Assembly (NCBI GenBank): GCA_046731735.1
Contig: JBKPLP010000168.1
Span: forward strand, 389 to 64,388
Length of the DNA stretch: 64,000 nt
Source: Acidobacteriota bacterium
GTDB lineage: Bacteria > Acidobacteriota > Vicinamibacteria > Vicinamibacterales > 2-12-FULL-66-21
Direction: 5' to 3'
Notes under the pieces: generated by a model
Database searches by the model: none
What the model was told of the DNA's origin: nothing
The model's input: the letters and a program-made list of their open reading frames with translations, nothing else
Shown: positions 1-8,284 of the stretch, in pieces
How positions within the stretch are numbered: position 1 is the stretch's first letter
How the letters are laid out: every line of letters starts with the position of its first letter
Program-made: the position numbers and the translations under genes

Positions 1-2
1 CC

Positions 3-314
3 GGCCTCGTGGTCGTGGTCGCCGCGGGGAATTACGGAACGAATCCCAAGACGGGGCTCTCCGGTTATGCGGGCATCGCGTCCCCCGGCAACGCGCCGTC
101 GGCAATCACTGTGGGTGCGGCAAACACGAACAGCACGGTCGATCGCAGCGACGATCGTGTGGCGCCTTACAGCTCGAACGGGCGCACAGAAGCGCTGGCA
201 GGACTACCAGAACACTTTGAAACGTTCCCAGCGCACCGCATTCGTGGCGCCGCCGCCGCTTACCAGCAATGCCGTCAAAGCGATGCTGCAGTTCACCGCG
301 ACACCCCTTCATGA
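3..314 (+). pseudogene. S8 (subtilisin-like) serine peptidase, catalytic-domain fragment entering from the left edge; reading frame breaks before the Ser box
   Basis: Frame-3 translation VVVAAGNYG..SPGNAPSAITVGAANT..DRVAPYSSNG resembles the Asn-box to post-Asn part of subtilases. No GTSxAxP Ser box appears in any frame. The conserved continuation (LTSNAVKAMLQFTATPL) is in frame 1. Confidence 0.5.
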
Positions 315-954
315 CGCATACGGCGTCTCATACGGCCCGCTGCAGCAGGGCACGGGGATGGCGAACGGCCTCGGCCTCATCTACTTCGCCTACTACAGCG
401 ATACGACCAAGACACCCGCCGAGTACTGGATGACGCTCACGGGGTATCCGTACTCCAGCTACTACGGCACGACCGACATGCCGTGGTCGCAAAACATCAT
501 CTGGGGGACGCGAATTCTCACGGGCACGAGTGTCGTCGAGCTGAACCAATACGGCTGGGCGTTGAACGTCGTGTGGGGCACCGGCGAAGACGGCAACGTG
601 GTCTGGGGCACCGCCGATGAAGACGGCAACGTCGTCTGGGGTACTGGTGCCGACGACGAAGGCAATGTGGTCTGGGGGACAACAGTACCAATCACCCTCG
701 ATCTCACGTGGTCGGGCAACGCGACGTGGGCGAACAACGTCGTGTGGGGCACCGCCGCCGAAGATTGGGACGCCAACGTCGTCTGGGGCACCAACCTCGT
801 GGGATATTTCAACGGTTTCAACGTGGTGTGGGGTACGAACGACGGCGACGAGGGCAACGTCGTCTGGGGCACGGCCGAAGATGGCGACGTCGTTTGGGGA
901 ACTTCGAATGGGAAGGTGGCCGCGCTCGGGTTCGCAGTCGGAGGTGCGCTGTGA
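67..954 (+). CDS. C-terminal part of the same S8 peptidase locus (frame 1) carrying nine NVVWGT repeats; only the part from about nt 250 looks like genuine coding sequence
   Basis: The ORF track protein contains LTSNAVKAMLQFTATPLHD..GTGMANGLG (typical subtilase C-terminal helix region), followed by a NVVWGT(x5-20) repeat region. The stop overlaps the GTG of the next gene. Confidence 0.55.
   Translation: MRASRPPATRRRQSLWVRQTRTARSIAATIVWRLTARTGAQKRWQDYQNTLKRSQRTAFVAPPPLTSNAVKAMLQFTATPLHDAYGVSYGPLQQGTGMANGLGLIYFAYYSDTTKTPAEYWMTLTGYPYSSYYGTTDMPWSQNIIWGTRILTGTSVVELNQYGWALNVVWGTGEDGNVVWGTADEDGNVVWGTGADDEGNVVWGTTVPITLDLTWSGNATWANNVVWGTAAEDWDANVVWGTNLVGYFNGFNVVWGTNDGDEGNVVWGTAEDGDVVWGTSNGKVAALGFAVGGAL
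565..906 (+). repeat. In-CDS tandem peptide repeat, nine copies of NVVWGT separated by short acidic/Gly linkers
   Basis: Read directly: NVVWGTGEDG NVVWGTADEDG NVVWGTGADDEG NVVWGTT.. NNVVWGTAAEDWDA NVVWGTNLVGYFNGF NVVWGTNDGDEG NVVWGTAEDGD VVWGTSNG. Confidence 0.85.
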
Positions 955-1592
955 TCACGACACAGGCCCTGCCGGCCACGACCACCAGGGTAACGTCGCC
1001 GGCCATTACGAGCGACTGGCGGACGGCTCTTCCCGTGCTGCATGCGAGTCGCGTCACGTTGCGCGAGCTGCGGCTGTCCGATGCGCCGTCGCTGCTCGCG
1101 TTCCTGCACGCCAGGGAAGTGAGCCGGTTCATTTCTCCTCCGCCGACGACCGTCGATGGATTCGAGCGGTTCATCGAGTGGACGCACCGCGAGCGCGCTG
1201 CAGGCACCTACGTCTGCTTCGGCGTCGTCCCTGACGGCTGCGAACATGCCGTCGGCCTGTTTCAGGTGCGGCAGTTGAACGGGTCGTTCGACATCGCCGA
1301 ATGGGGATTCGCGATCGGATCGGAATTCTGGGGCAGCGGCGTGTTCATCGAAGGCGCCCGTGCGGTGCTGGCGTTCACGTTCGACACGATCGGCGCAATT
1401 CGCCTCGAGGCGCGGGCGTGTGTGGCGAACGGACGCGGTAACGGCGCGCTGCAGAAGCTCGGCGCGACGCGTGAGGGACTCCTCAGACGGTCGTTCTTGC
1501 GCGACGGGGAATATCACGACCAGGTCCTCTGGTCCGTAATTGCCTCCGACTGGCGCGAGTCGAATACCGCGCGGAGCGTCCTCCGCCACTGA
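951..1592 (+). CDS. GNAT family N-acetyltransferase (RimJ/RimL-like), 213 aa
   Basis: The C-terminal 213 aa of ORF 708..1592 look like an acetyltransferase fold (LRELRLSDAPSLLAF.., WGSGVFIEGARAVLAFTFDTIGAIRLEA..N..ALQKLGA..EG). GTG at 951 overlaps the upstream TGA (GTGA), with GAGG 7 nt upstream. Confidence 0.8.
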   Translation: MITTQALPATTTRVTSPAITSDWRTALPVLHASRVTLRELRLSDAPSLLAFLHAREVSRFISPPPTTVDGFERFIEWTHRERAAGTYVCFGVVPDGCEHAVGLFQVRQLNGSFDIAEWGFAIGSEFWGSGVFIEGARAVLAFTFDTIGAIRLEARACVANGRGNGALQKLGATREGLLRRSFLRDGEYHDQVLWSVIASDWRESNTARSVLRH

Positions 1593-1628
1593 GCCGGCGC
1601 GCGCGGCGGATGTACAATCTCATCGCTG

Positions 1629-3557
1629 ATGACGATTCCGCCGCGCCGCGTGGCGGCCTTGGCGGCCGTCGCGGGTGTTCCTGCGCTCATCCTCCTCGCC
1701 TTTCTCATTCTTCCGATCAACCCAACCAGTAACGGCATCGCGCGTGCGCCGCTCGAATTCGGCCCTCCGGGCCGGACGCACGGCTGGATCGACTTCAGCG
1801 GTTTCTATCCGGCGGAGGTCGATGGCGGGCGCCCATTCAACTGGATGTCGAGTGCAGGACGCATCAGGCTGCCCCGGCTCGATCGCCGCAGCCCGCTGAC
1901 GCTGTCTCTCTGGGTGCAGCCGGCCGTCACGAGCCGTCCGATCGATCTGACCATCGCGGTCGACGGGATCGCGCTGCCGCCGCGGCGTCTCACCGCGGCC
2001 TCGCAGCAGGTGGACGTCGCGCTGCCGGCATCCGGCAGCACGCGCGCGGTGATCAATGCTACGGTTTCGGATTCGCTGGTACCGGGCGGGAGCGATGTGC
2101 GCTCGCTCGGCATGCGCGTCGACGGCATCGCGCTGGCGCCCGTCACCGGCCGCCTGCACATTCCTGCGGCCTCACTGCGCGAGGCCGCGATCGCCGGCCT
2201 CGCGATCGGCATCGTCGCGACGTTGATGCTGGGCGCGCGACCACTCGCGCTCGTGGCCGGCGCAGGAACCGCCGCGTGGTTCGGATTTCTGCTGGCGTAC
2301 GACGGCGCAGCGCTCGGTTCCTATCCGGACCGCGTGCGGCTGATCGGCGTCGCGTCCGCCGTCGCTGCCGTGCTGCTGACGGCGGCCACGCGAGACGGAG
2401 GCGAGCGTTGGGGCTTCCGTGCGGCGGTGTGCATCGCGATCCTGCTGACCGGCTGCAAGCTCGCACTGTTCTTCCATCCGATGGCGCCGGTCGGCGACTC
2501 GATCTTCCACGTGCATCGCGCGAACGTCGTGCAGGGCGGCGAGTACTTTTTCACATCCATCACGCCTCGTCCGTTCTACGAGTTCCCCTATCCACCCGGG
2601 TTGTACGTCGTCGCTGGCCCGCTGTGGCAGACGTTTCGGGGCGAGATGGAACATATGTGGCTCCTTCGCACCATCGCACTGGCGGCGGAGGCGCTGCTCG
2701 CGCTCGCGCTGTACGGAACCGTCTTCCTGAACTGGCGCAATCGGCTCGCGGCGTTTCTGGCGACCGGCGTGATGCTGCTCCTGCCGGTCGGTTTCTATAC
2801 GATCTGCACGTCAAATCTGACCAACTCGTTCGGTCAATCGGTTTTCGGTGCCGGGATCGCGGCCCTCCTGTGCACGCACTTGTGGCCGGCGAAGCGATGG
2901 TGCCTCGCGGCAGGGACCGTCCTCGTGTGTAGTGGATTCCTGTCGCACTTCAGCACGTTCTCGGTCGGGATCCCGCTGCTCTTCGCGTGCGCGGCGGCAG
3001 TCTTTGCGGGCGGCGCGGGAGCGCCGCGCCGCGTCGCCATCTCGATCGTTCTTGCGCTGGCGATCGCGTCGACCACCTCGATTGCGCTCTACTATGCGCA
3101 CTTCATGCCCGTCTACAAACGGACCGCAGAGCGCATCCTGCACCACGAAGACGCCGCGCAGACCAGGTCGATGGTAGCGCCCCCGAGCATGAAGGCGCAG
3201 CGCTTCGCAGCGACGATCGGAGCGGAGTTCGGCGCCGGCGTGCTGATTGCCGCGGTCGCCGCCGGGTTCCTCCTTTTCCGGAGCCGTGCGCGCGATCCGC
3301 TGACGCTGGCGTTGGCCGGGTGGGCAGCCGTGGTCGTGGGCTTCTGGCTGTTGGGAATCGTGACCGCCATCGAAATGCGCGCGAGCCTGGCGGCGCAGCC
3401 GCTCGCCGCGATCGCCGCCGCCTATGCGCTGGCACGCGGCCCCGAGCACGGGGTGTGGTATCGCATCGCAGCGGGCGCCGCGACGGCGTCACTCCTGCTC
3501 CTCGCGGTCAGCGGCTGGCTCACCTGCCTGGGGCTCGAAAGCTTCTGGAGGATCTGA
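1629..3557 (+). CDS. Polytopic integral membrane protein of unknown function (N-terminal extracytoplasmic domain plus at least 10 hydrophobic helices; possibly GT-C-like)
   Basis: 642-aa ORF with coding-like composition and many hydrophobic segments. I recognise no catalytic motif. Confidence 0.7.
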   Translation: MTIPPRRVAALAAVAGVPALILLAFLILPINPTSNGIARAPLEFGPPGRTHGWIDFSGFYPAEVDGGRPFNWMSSAGRIRLPRLDRRSPLTLSLWVQPAVTSRPIDLTIAVDGIALPPRRLTAASQQVDVALPASGSTRAVINATVSDSLVPGGSDVRSLGMRVDGIALAPVTGRLHIPAASLREAAIAGLAIGIVATLMLGARPLALVAGAGTAAWFGFLLAYDGAALGSYPDRVRLIGVASAVAAVLLTAATRDGGERWGFRAAVCIAILLTGCKLALFFHPMAPVGDSIFHVHRANVVQGGEYFFTSITPRPFYEFPYPPGLYVVAGPLWQTFRGEMEHMWLLRTIALAAEALLALALYGTVFLNWRNRLAAFLATGVMLLLPVGFYTICTSNLTNSFGQSVFGAGIAALLCTHLWPAKRWCLAAGTVLVCSGFLSHFSTFSVGIPLLFACAAAVFAGGAGAPRRVAISIVLALAIASTTSIALYYAHFMPVYKRTAERILHHEDAAQTRSMVAPPSMKAQRFAATIGAEFGAGVLIAAVAAGFLLFRSRARDPLTLALAGWAAVVVGFWLLGIVTAIEMRASLAAQPLAAIAAAYALARGPEHGVWYRIAAGAATASLLLLAVSGWLTCLGLESFWRI

Positions 3558-3563
3558 CAAGCT

Positions 3564-3703
3564 GAATCCCTAATCCCTAATCGCGAATCCCTCATCCTCG
3601 AATCCAGGAATCGCTGAATCCGTGTCGCTAAATCCGCGAATCCCTGAATCCGCGAATCGCGAGCCGCGAATCGCGAGCCGCGAAGATTTACGGATTGGGG
3701 ATT
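3564..3703. repeat. Short-period repeat array R1 (GAATCCC/TAATCCC units, then CCGCGAATCGCGAG x2.3; inverted GGATTGGGGATT at the right end)
   Basis: Read directly in the convergent gap between 1629..3557(+) and 3688..6576(-). The right end overlaps the last codons of the M16 gene. Confidence 0.85.
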
Positions 3704-6576
3704 TTCTTTTCCGGCATGAGCACCACCTTTACGTATCGCGTCATGTCGAGATAGGTCTGCGCCGCCTGCTGCACCGCGTCGCCGCTCAACCCCTGGATTT
3801 GTTCCGGCACGTTCAGCACCGCCGGCAGATCGGATCCGTCGCCGTCCTCGTAGGCCTGTGAAATCTGGTTGAGGAGGTAGCGGTTGTCTTGGCTGTTCGC
3901 CTCGTACTCACGCCGCAGCGTTTCGCGAACGCGGCCCATCTGGGCCGTCCCGATGCGCGTCGATTTCACGAAATCGATCTCCTGGAACACCCGCTGCACC
4001 AGCGCGTCGACGCGCGTGGGATCGCACGTCCATTCGATCCGCACGCGGTATTCGGGACGCGGAAATCGGATGGCGTCAGGCGCGGCCGTGATGCTGTAGG
4101 TGCCGCCGAGCTCCTGGCGGATCGTGTCGAACAGACGCGACTCGAGCAGCATCGTCATGGTGCGGAGCGCGAGCAGGTGCGCGGGATCGTAGGCGAACGG
4201 GCCATGAAAGACGATCGCAACGGAGCTTCTCGGCGCGATGCCCTTCTCGATCGTTTTGTCGATGACCGTCGCCGGCGGCAGGATACCGAGGTCTCTCCGG
4301 TTCTCGTGCGCGTGTGTCGCCGGCAGGCTCGCGATGTAGGTCTCGACGAGCGGCCTGATCGCGTCCAGGGTGAAGCTGCCCACGAACACGAAGGTGAAAT
4401 TGCTGGCGTCGGCGAAGCGGGCCTTGTAGAACGCCAGGGATTTCTCGAGGTTCCACCGGTCCACCGTCGTCGCCGTCTCGGGCTGCCGGCGGGGATGATC
4501 GCCGCTGAGCGCAGCGTTGATGGTCCGGGCAAACACCACGTCCGGGCTGGCGGTCTGGTTTGCGACGAACGCTCGCGCCTGCGCCGTGGTGGCGGCGAAC
4601 GCCGCCGCATCGGCCCGCGGCTGCGTGAAGCGCAGGTAGAGCAGTTGAAACATCGTTTCGAGATCCTGCGGCGTGCTCCCGCCGGCCATGCCCTCTTCGA
4701 GCTCGTCGACGTATGGCACCACCGCAAGCGCTTTCCCCGACAGCAGTCTGTCGAGCATCACGCTGCTGAGCGAGCCGACGCCTCCCGCCGGGACGACAGC
4801 ATCCGCGACGCGCGCCGGAATGAAGTCGGCGTCGCTCGCGAGCGATGTCCCGCCCGGCGCCTCCGCACGGAACAGAATCTGGTCTTCCTTGAGCGTCGTC
4901 GGCTTGAGCACGACCGTCGCCCCATTCGAGAGCGACCACTGCGTCACGCCCGTGTTCGCGGGACTGGTCGTCTTGACAATCGTTCCGCGCGGCGGCGGGG
5001 ACGCGAGCAGCGCCTGGCCGGCGGCGGCATCCACGTACGGCTGAAGACGCCTGGCCGCCGCGGTCTTCACGACGTCGGCCAGCTGTGATTCGGTCGGAAG
5101 CGCCACGCCTTCGGCCTCGGGAGCGGAGACGATGACCAGACGGTTGCTTTCCGGAAACCAGTCGGCCGTGAGCGCGTTGATCTCCGCGAGGGTGATTTCC
5201 GGAAGGAACCGCCGGTGGAACGCGAGCTCCTGCCAGATCGTCGGAAGCGCCTCTCCCTGAAGGAAATTCCGCGTGTACTCGTCGGCGCGGCTGGACGACT
5301 CGCGATCGGGGCTCTCGGTGACGACGCGTTCGTAGTCGAGCATCATCGCCTGCTTGGCGCGGGCGAGCTCGGTTGCGGTGAACCCGAACCGCGCGACCCG
5401 CTGCAGCTCGGTCACCAGCGCGTCAAGCCCGCGCGGCGCGCCGCCGTTCGCTACGAGCGCTTGGAGCGCCGCCTCATCCTTCGTCCTGGGCGCCGGGAAC
5501 AGCCCGCGATTCGCCGCCGCGCGCAGAAATGGCGCATTCGCGCTCTGCGCCAGCTCGTCGAGGCGAGCGTCGAACATCGCGGCGAATAGCTGATCGCGAA
5601 TGAGATCGCGGTAGCCGCCGACGGTCGCCTGGTTGCGCGCCGGCCGCAAGTCCGAGAGCTCGACCACCGTCGCCGTGGTTTCCTTGTCGGTGACGAGCGC
5701 GTAGCGCATCCCGGGGTGTTCCGGCACGTCGAACACCGGCCGCGGCCTCGCCGGCGTCGGCGACGTCAGCGACGAGAAGTGATCGCGAATCAGCCTGACC
5801 GCCGCCTCGCGGTCGACGTCGCCCACGACGATTACCGCCATCAGATCCGGGCGATACCAATCGCGGTAGAAACGGACCAACGTGTCGCGCTGCGCGCGCT
5901 CGATGACCGACGGATCGCCGATCGGACGCCGCTCTGCATAACGAGACCCGTTGAGCTGCACCCGGCGGATCTTCTCCTGCGTCCGCTCGCCCGCCCCCAG
6001 GTTCATCCGCCATTCGGAGAGGACGATGCCGCGCTCGCGCTCGATGGCAGCCTGATCGAACGTGGCGCCCTGCGCCCAGTCCTCGAGAATCAGAAGCGCA
6101 CGATCGAGCACCCCTGGAACGTCGGTCGGCACGCGCAGGGTGTACTGCGTGTCGTCGTAACTGGTGGCCGCGTTCGCATCGGGCCCGATCCCGAGCCCCA
6201 GAGACGAGAGCAGGTCAGGGATACTTTGGCCGGGGAAATGCCGCGTCCCCTCGAACTCCATGTGCTCGACGAAATGCGCCAGCCCGCGCTGGTCGTCGTC
6301 CTCCACAACGGACCCCGCCTTGACCACGAGACGAAGCTCCGCACGATGCGCCGGTTTCGCGTTGGGGCGGACGTAGTAGCGCAATCCGTTCGGGAGGGTC
6401 CCGACGACCGCCTCTGGGTCGAAGGGCATCGGCTGCGACAGCGCGTACGCGGCGACCGATTCGGCGGATGTCTCGCGCCCCTGCGCCTGCGCCTGCTGCG
6501 CAACGGCAAAATGCGCGGTCGTGGAGAAGCTGACGAGCGCGGCGAGAACGAGCTTGCGGGCACGCGAAAGGGTCAT
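3688..6576 (-). CDS. M16 family (pitrilysin/insulinase-like) zinc peptidase, secreted, 962 aa
   Basis: HxxEH zinc motif in LAHFVEHMEFEGT; N-terminal signal-like sequence; duplicated M16 architecture length. Confidence 0.9.
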   Translation of the reverse strand: MTLSRARKLVLAALVSFSTTAHFAVAQQAQAQGRETSAESVAAYALSQPMPFDPEAVVGTLPNGLRYYVRPNAKPAHRAELRLVVKAGSVVEDDDQRGLAHFVEHMEFEGTRHFPGQSIPDLLSSLGLGIGPDANAATSYDDTQYTLRVPTDVPGVLDRALLILEDWAQGATFDQAAIERERGIVLSEWRMNLGAGERTQEKIRRVQLNGSRYAERRPIGDPSVIERAQRDTLVRFYRDWYRPDLMAVIVVGDVDREAAVRLIRDHFSSLTSPTPARPRPVFDVPEHPGMRYALVTDKETTATVVELSDLRPARNQATVGGYRDLIRDQLFAAMFDARLDELAQSANAPFLRAAANRGLFPAPRTKDEAALQALVANGGAPRGLDALVTELQRVARFGFTATELARAKQAMMLDYERVVTESPDRESSSRADEYTRNFLQGEALPTIWQELAFHRRFLPEITLAEINALTADWFPESNRLVIVSAPEAEGVALPTESQLADVVKTAAARRLQPYVDAAAGQALLASPPPRGTIVKTTSPANTGVTQWSLSNGATVVLKPTTLKEDQILFRAEAPGGTSLASDADFIPARVADAVVPAGGVGSLSSVMLDRLLSGKALAVVPYVDELEEGMAGGSTPQDLETMFQLLYLRFTQPRADAAAFAATTAQARAFVANQTASPDVVFARTINAALSGDHPRRQPETATTVDRWNLEKSLAFYKARFADASNFTFVFVGSFTLDAIRPLVETYIASLPATHAHENRRDLGILPPATVIDKTIEKGIAPRSSVAIVFHGPFAYDPAHLLALRTMTMLLESRLFDTIRQELGGTYSITAAPDAIRFPRPEYRVRIEWTCDPTRVDALVQRVFQEIDFVKSTRIGTAQMGRVRETLRREYEANSQDNRYLLNQISQAYEDGDGSDLPAVLNVPEQIQGLSGDAVQQAAQTYLDMTRYVKVVLMPEKKIPNP

Positions 6577-6593
6577 GCACCGATCCTACAGGA

Positions 6594-8183
6594 TCAGTGC
6601 TTCGAGGGTTCGCCGTGGAAGACGCGGCCGAAGTCGAGCCCGAACTTCGGCTCCGTCCTGCTGCCGCGGATTCTGATGGGGACCACGGCGCCGGCGCCGT
6701 CCTTTCGGAACAGTGGATCGATGGCCTTCAACAGCACACCCTTCATGCCGCCCGCCGCTTCCGACACGCTGGCGCGCATGCGGACGTTGCCATCGAACTC
6801 GAGCGTCTCGTTGGCCAGCCCGTAGGTCCCTGCGACCTGGACCTGCGCCCCGGGGATGGCGAACGCCGTGTCGCGCAGGGTAATCGTGTCGCGCGCGAGC
6901 GTGAAGTCACCGTGAAGGGTCGACGAGACGTTCTCCGAATGCTCGGCAGGATCGAGCCCGCGCGCACGCTCGCTCATGTCGGAGATGCGCGCCTGCACCT
7001 CCGGGCTCGTGAATTTCACGCCGGCGATATTGAACTGCCCTCGGAGATGCATGCGATCCATGACGTCGGCTGGACCCGCCGGCAGATCGAGATCGGCGTG
7101 CAGGGCGAGCGCGCCGGTCATCGCGGGCGCATTTCCCTTGACCGCCAGCCGCAGCACGTCTTCGATGCGTCCGTCGTCGATCTTCACATGGACCTTGACC
7201 GTGCGTCCCTTCACGCCTTCAGCACCCACGACCGCGCCGCGCGCGGTCAGCGCGGTCTTGAGGAACGACGCGGAAACCGCATTCAGATACGTGTCGCCAT
7301 CGGTGCCGTCGACGACCGCCTCGAACCTGGTGTGAAGCGGCACGCGCGTGCCGCTCACGTCGAGACGGAAATCCGGCGTGTCCGTTTCGCCCTGTACGCC
7401 GATGCGATCGAGCTGTCCCTCGAAGGTTCCCTTCGAGCTCAACGTGCCCGCGATCCCCTTGATGGGCGTGAGATCAGCGTCATCGAACGTGTAGCGCCCG
7501 GTCAGCGGAGTCCGGCCCGGGTCCTCACGGCTCCACGGACCGAACGTGCCGCTCGCTTTCACCAGCCCTTTCGGGATCGGGTTGGTAATCGACGCGTCGA
7601 ACGTCATGGTCTGCGCCCGTCCCAGCGGCTTCATCCTGAGCCGATGGACGGCAAACACCTTCGGCTCCTTGCCCTGGCGTTTCGGGATGAGCGTCAGGGC
7701 GGCGTCCTCCGCTTCGAGGACGTCCACCACGATCGCGGCCGGGCTGCCATCGTCCGAAGGGGTGGAATCGCTGGTCTTCGGACCGCGGCCGAGACCGCCG
7801 GGTGGAATGTTGACCTTCAGCCCCTTGAGAGAAACCGTGCGAAAGTGGCGCGGCCGGCTGAACAGCCCGATGAGGCCGCCGTCCATCACGAACGCGTCGA
7901 CGGCGACCAGCGGCGGAACGTCGCGTCTTCCTTTATGACGGATCGTCAGGCCTGTGCCGGTGATGTGTACGGTAGGAAACGTGTCGACGCTGAACGATTG
8001 AAGCTCCACTTCGCTGTCCAGGCGGTCGGCCAGCGTCGAGGTGAGGAGCTGCCGAAGCTTGTCGGTACGAGATCCCGCGCCTGCAACGATGGCCAGGAGC
8101 ACCAGGGTTCCGCCGACGATCGCGATCAGCCATCGCGTTGCACGCAGTGTCACCAAGACTCTGCTATTCAAGGCGCGTTCCAT
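6594..8183 (-). CDS. AsmA-family-like envelope protein (single N-terminal TM anchor, long beta-rich periplasmic region)
   Basis: 529-aa ORF with an N-terminal TM helix (WLIAIVGGTLVLLAIVAG) and AsmA-like repetitive beta-rich sequence. It lies 17 nt upstream of the M16 gene on the same strand. The family call is from general resemblance only. Confidence 0.6.
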   Translation of the reverse strand: MERALNSRVLVTLRATRWLIAIVGGTLVLLAIVAGAGSRTDKLRQLLTSTLADRLDSEVELQSFSVDTFPTVHITGTGLTIRHKGRRDVPPLVAVDAFVMDGGLIGLFSRPRHFRTVSLKGLKVNIPPGGLGRGPKTSDSTPSDDGSPAAIVVDVLEAEDAALTLIPKRQGKEPKVFAVHRLRMKPLGRAQTMTFDASITNPIPKGLVKASGTFGPWSREDPGRTPLTGRYTFDDADLTPIKGIAGTLSSKGTFEGQLDRIGVQGETDTPDFRLDVSGTRVPLHTRFEAVVDGTDGDTYLNAVSASFLKTALTARGAVVGAEGVKGRTVKVHVKIDDGRIEDVLRLAVKGNAPAMTGALALHADLDLPAGPADVMDRMHLRGQFNIAGVKFTSPEVQARISDMSERARGLDPAEHSENVSSTLHGDFTLARDTITLRDTAFAIPGAQVQVAGTYGLANETLEFDGNVRMRASVSEAAGGMKGVLLKAIDPLFRKDGAGAVVPIRIRGSRTEPKFGLDFGRVFHGEPSKH

Positions 8184-8207
8184 CGCCAGCTCTTGTATAC
8201 TGCCGCG

Positions 8208-8284
8208 CTACCTTCTACCTTCTACCTTCTACCTTCTACCTTCTACCTTCGTCTCCTACGTCCTACCTCCTATCTCCTACCTCC
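8208..8284. repeat. Heptamer array R2: (CTACCTT)x6 perfect plus 5 degenerate units (CGTCTCC TACGTCC TACCTCC TATCTCC TACCTCC)
   Basis: Counted directly: 42 nt of perfect 7-nt periodicity at 8208-8249. The M28 stop codon (8277-8279) and its last two Arg codons lie inside the array. Confidence 0.95.
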
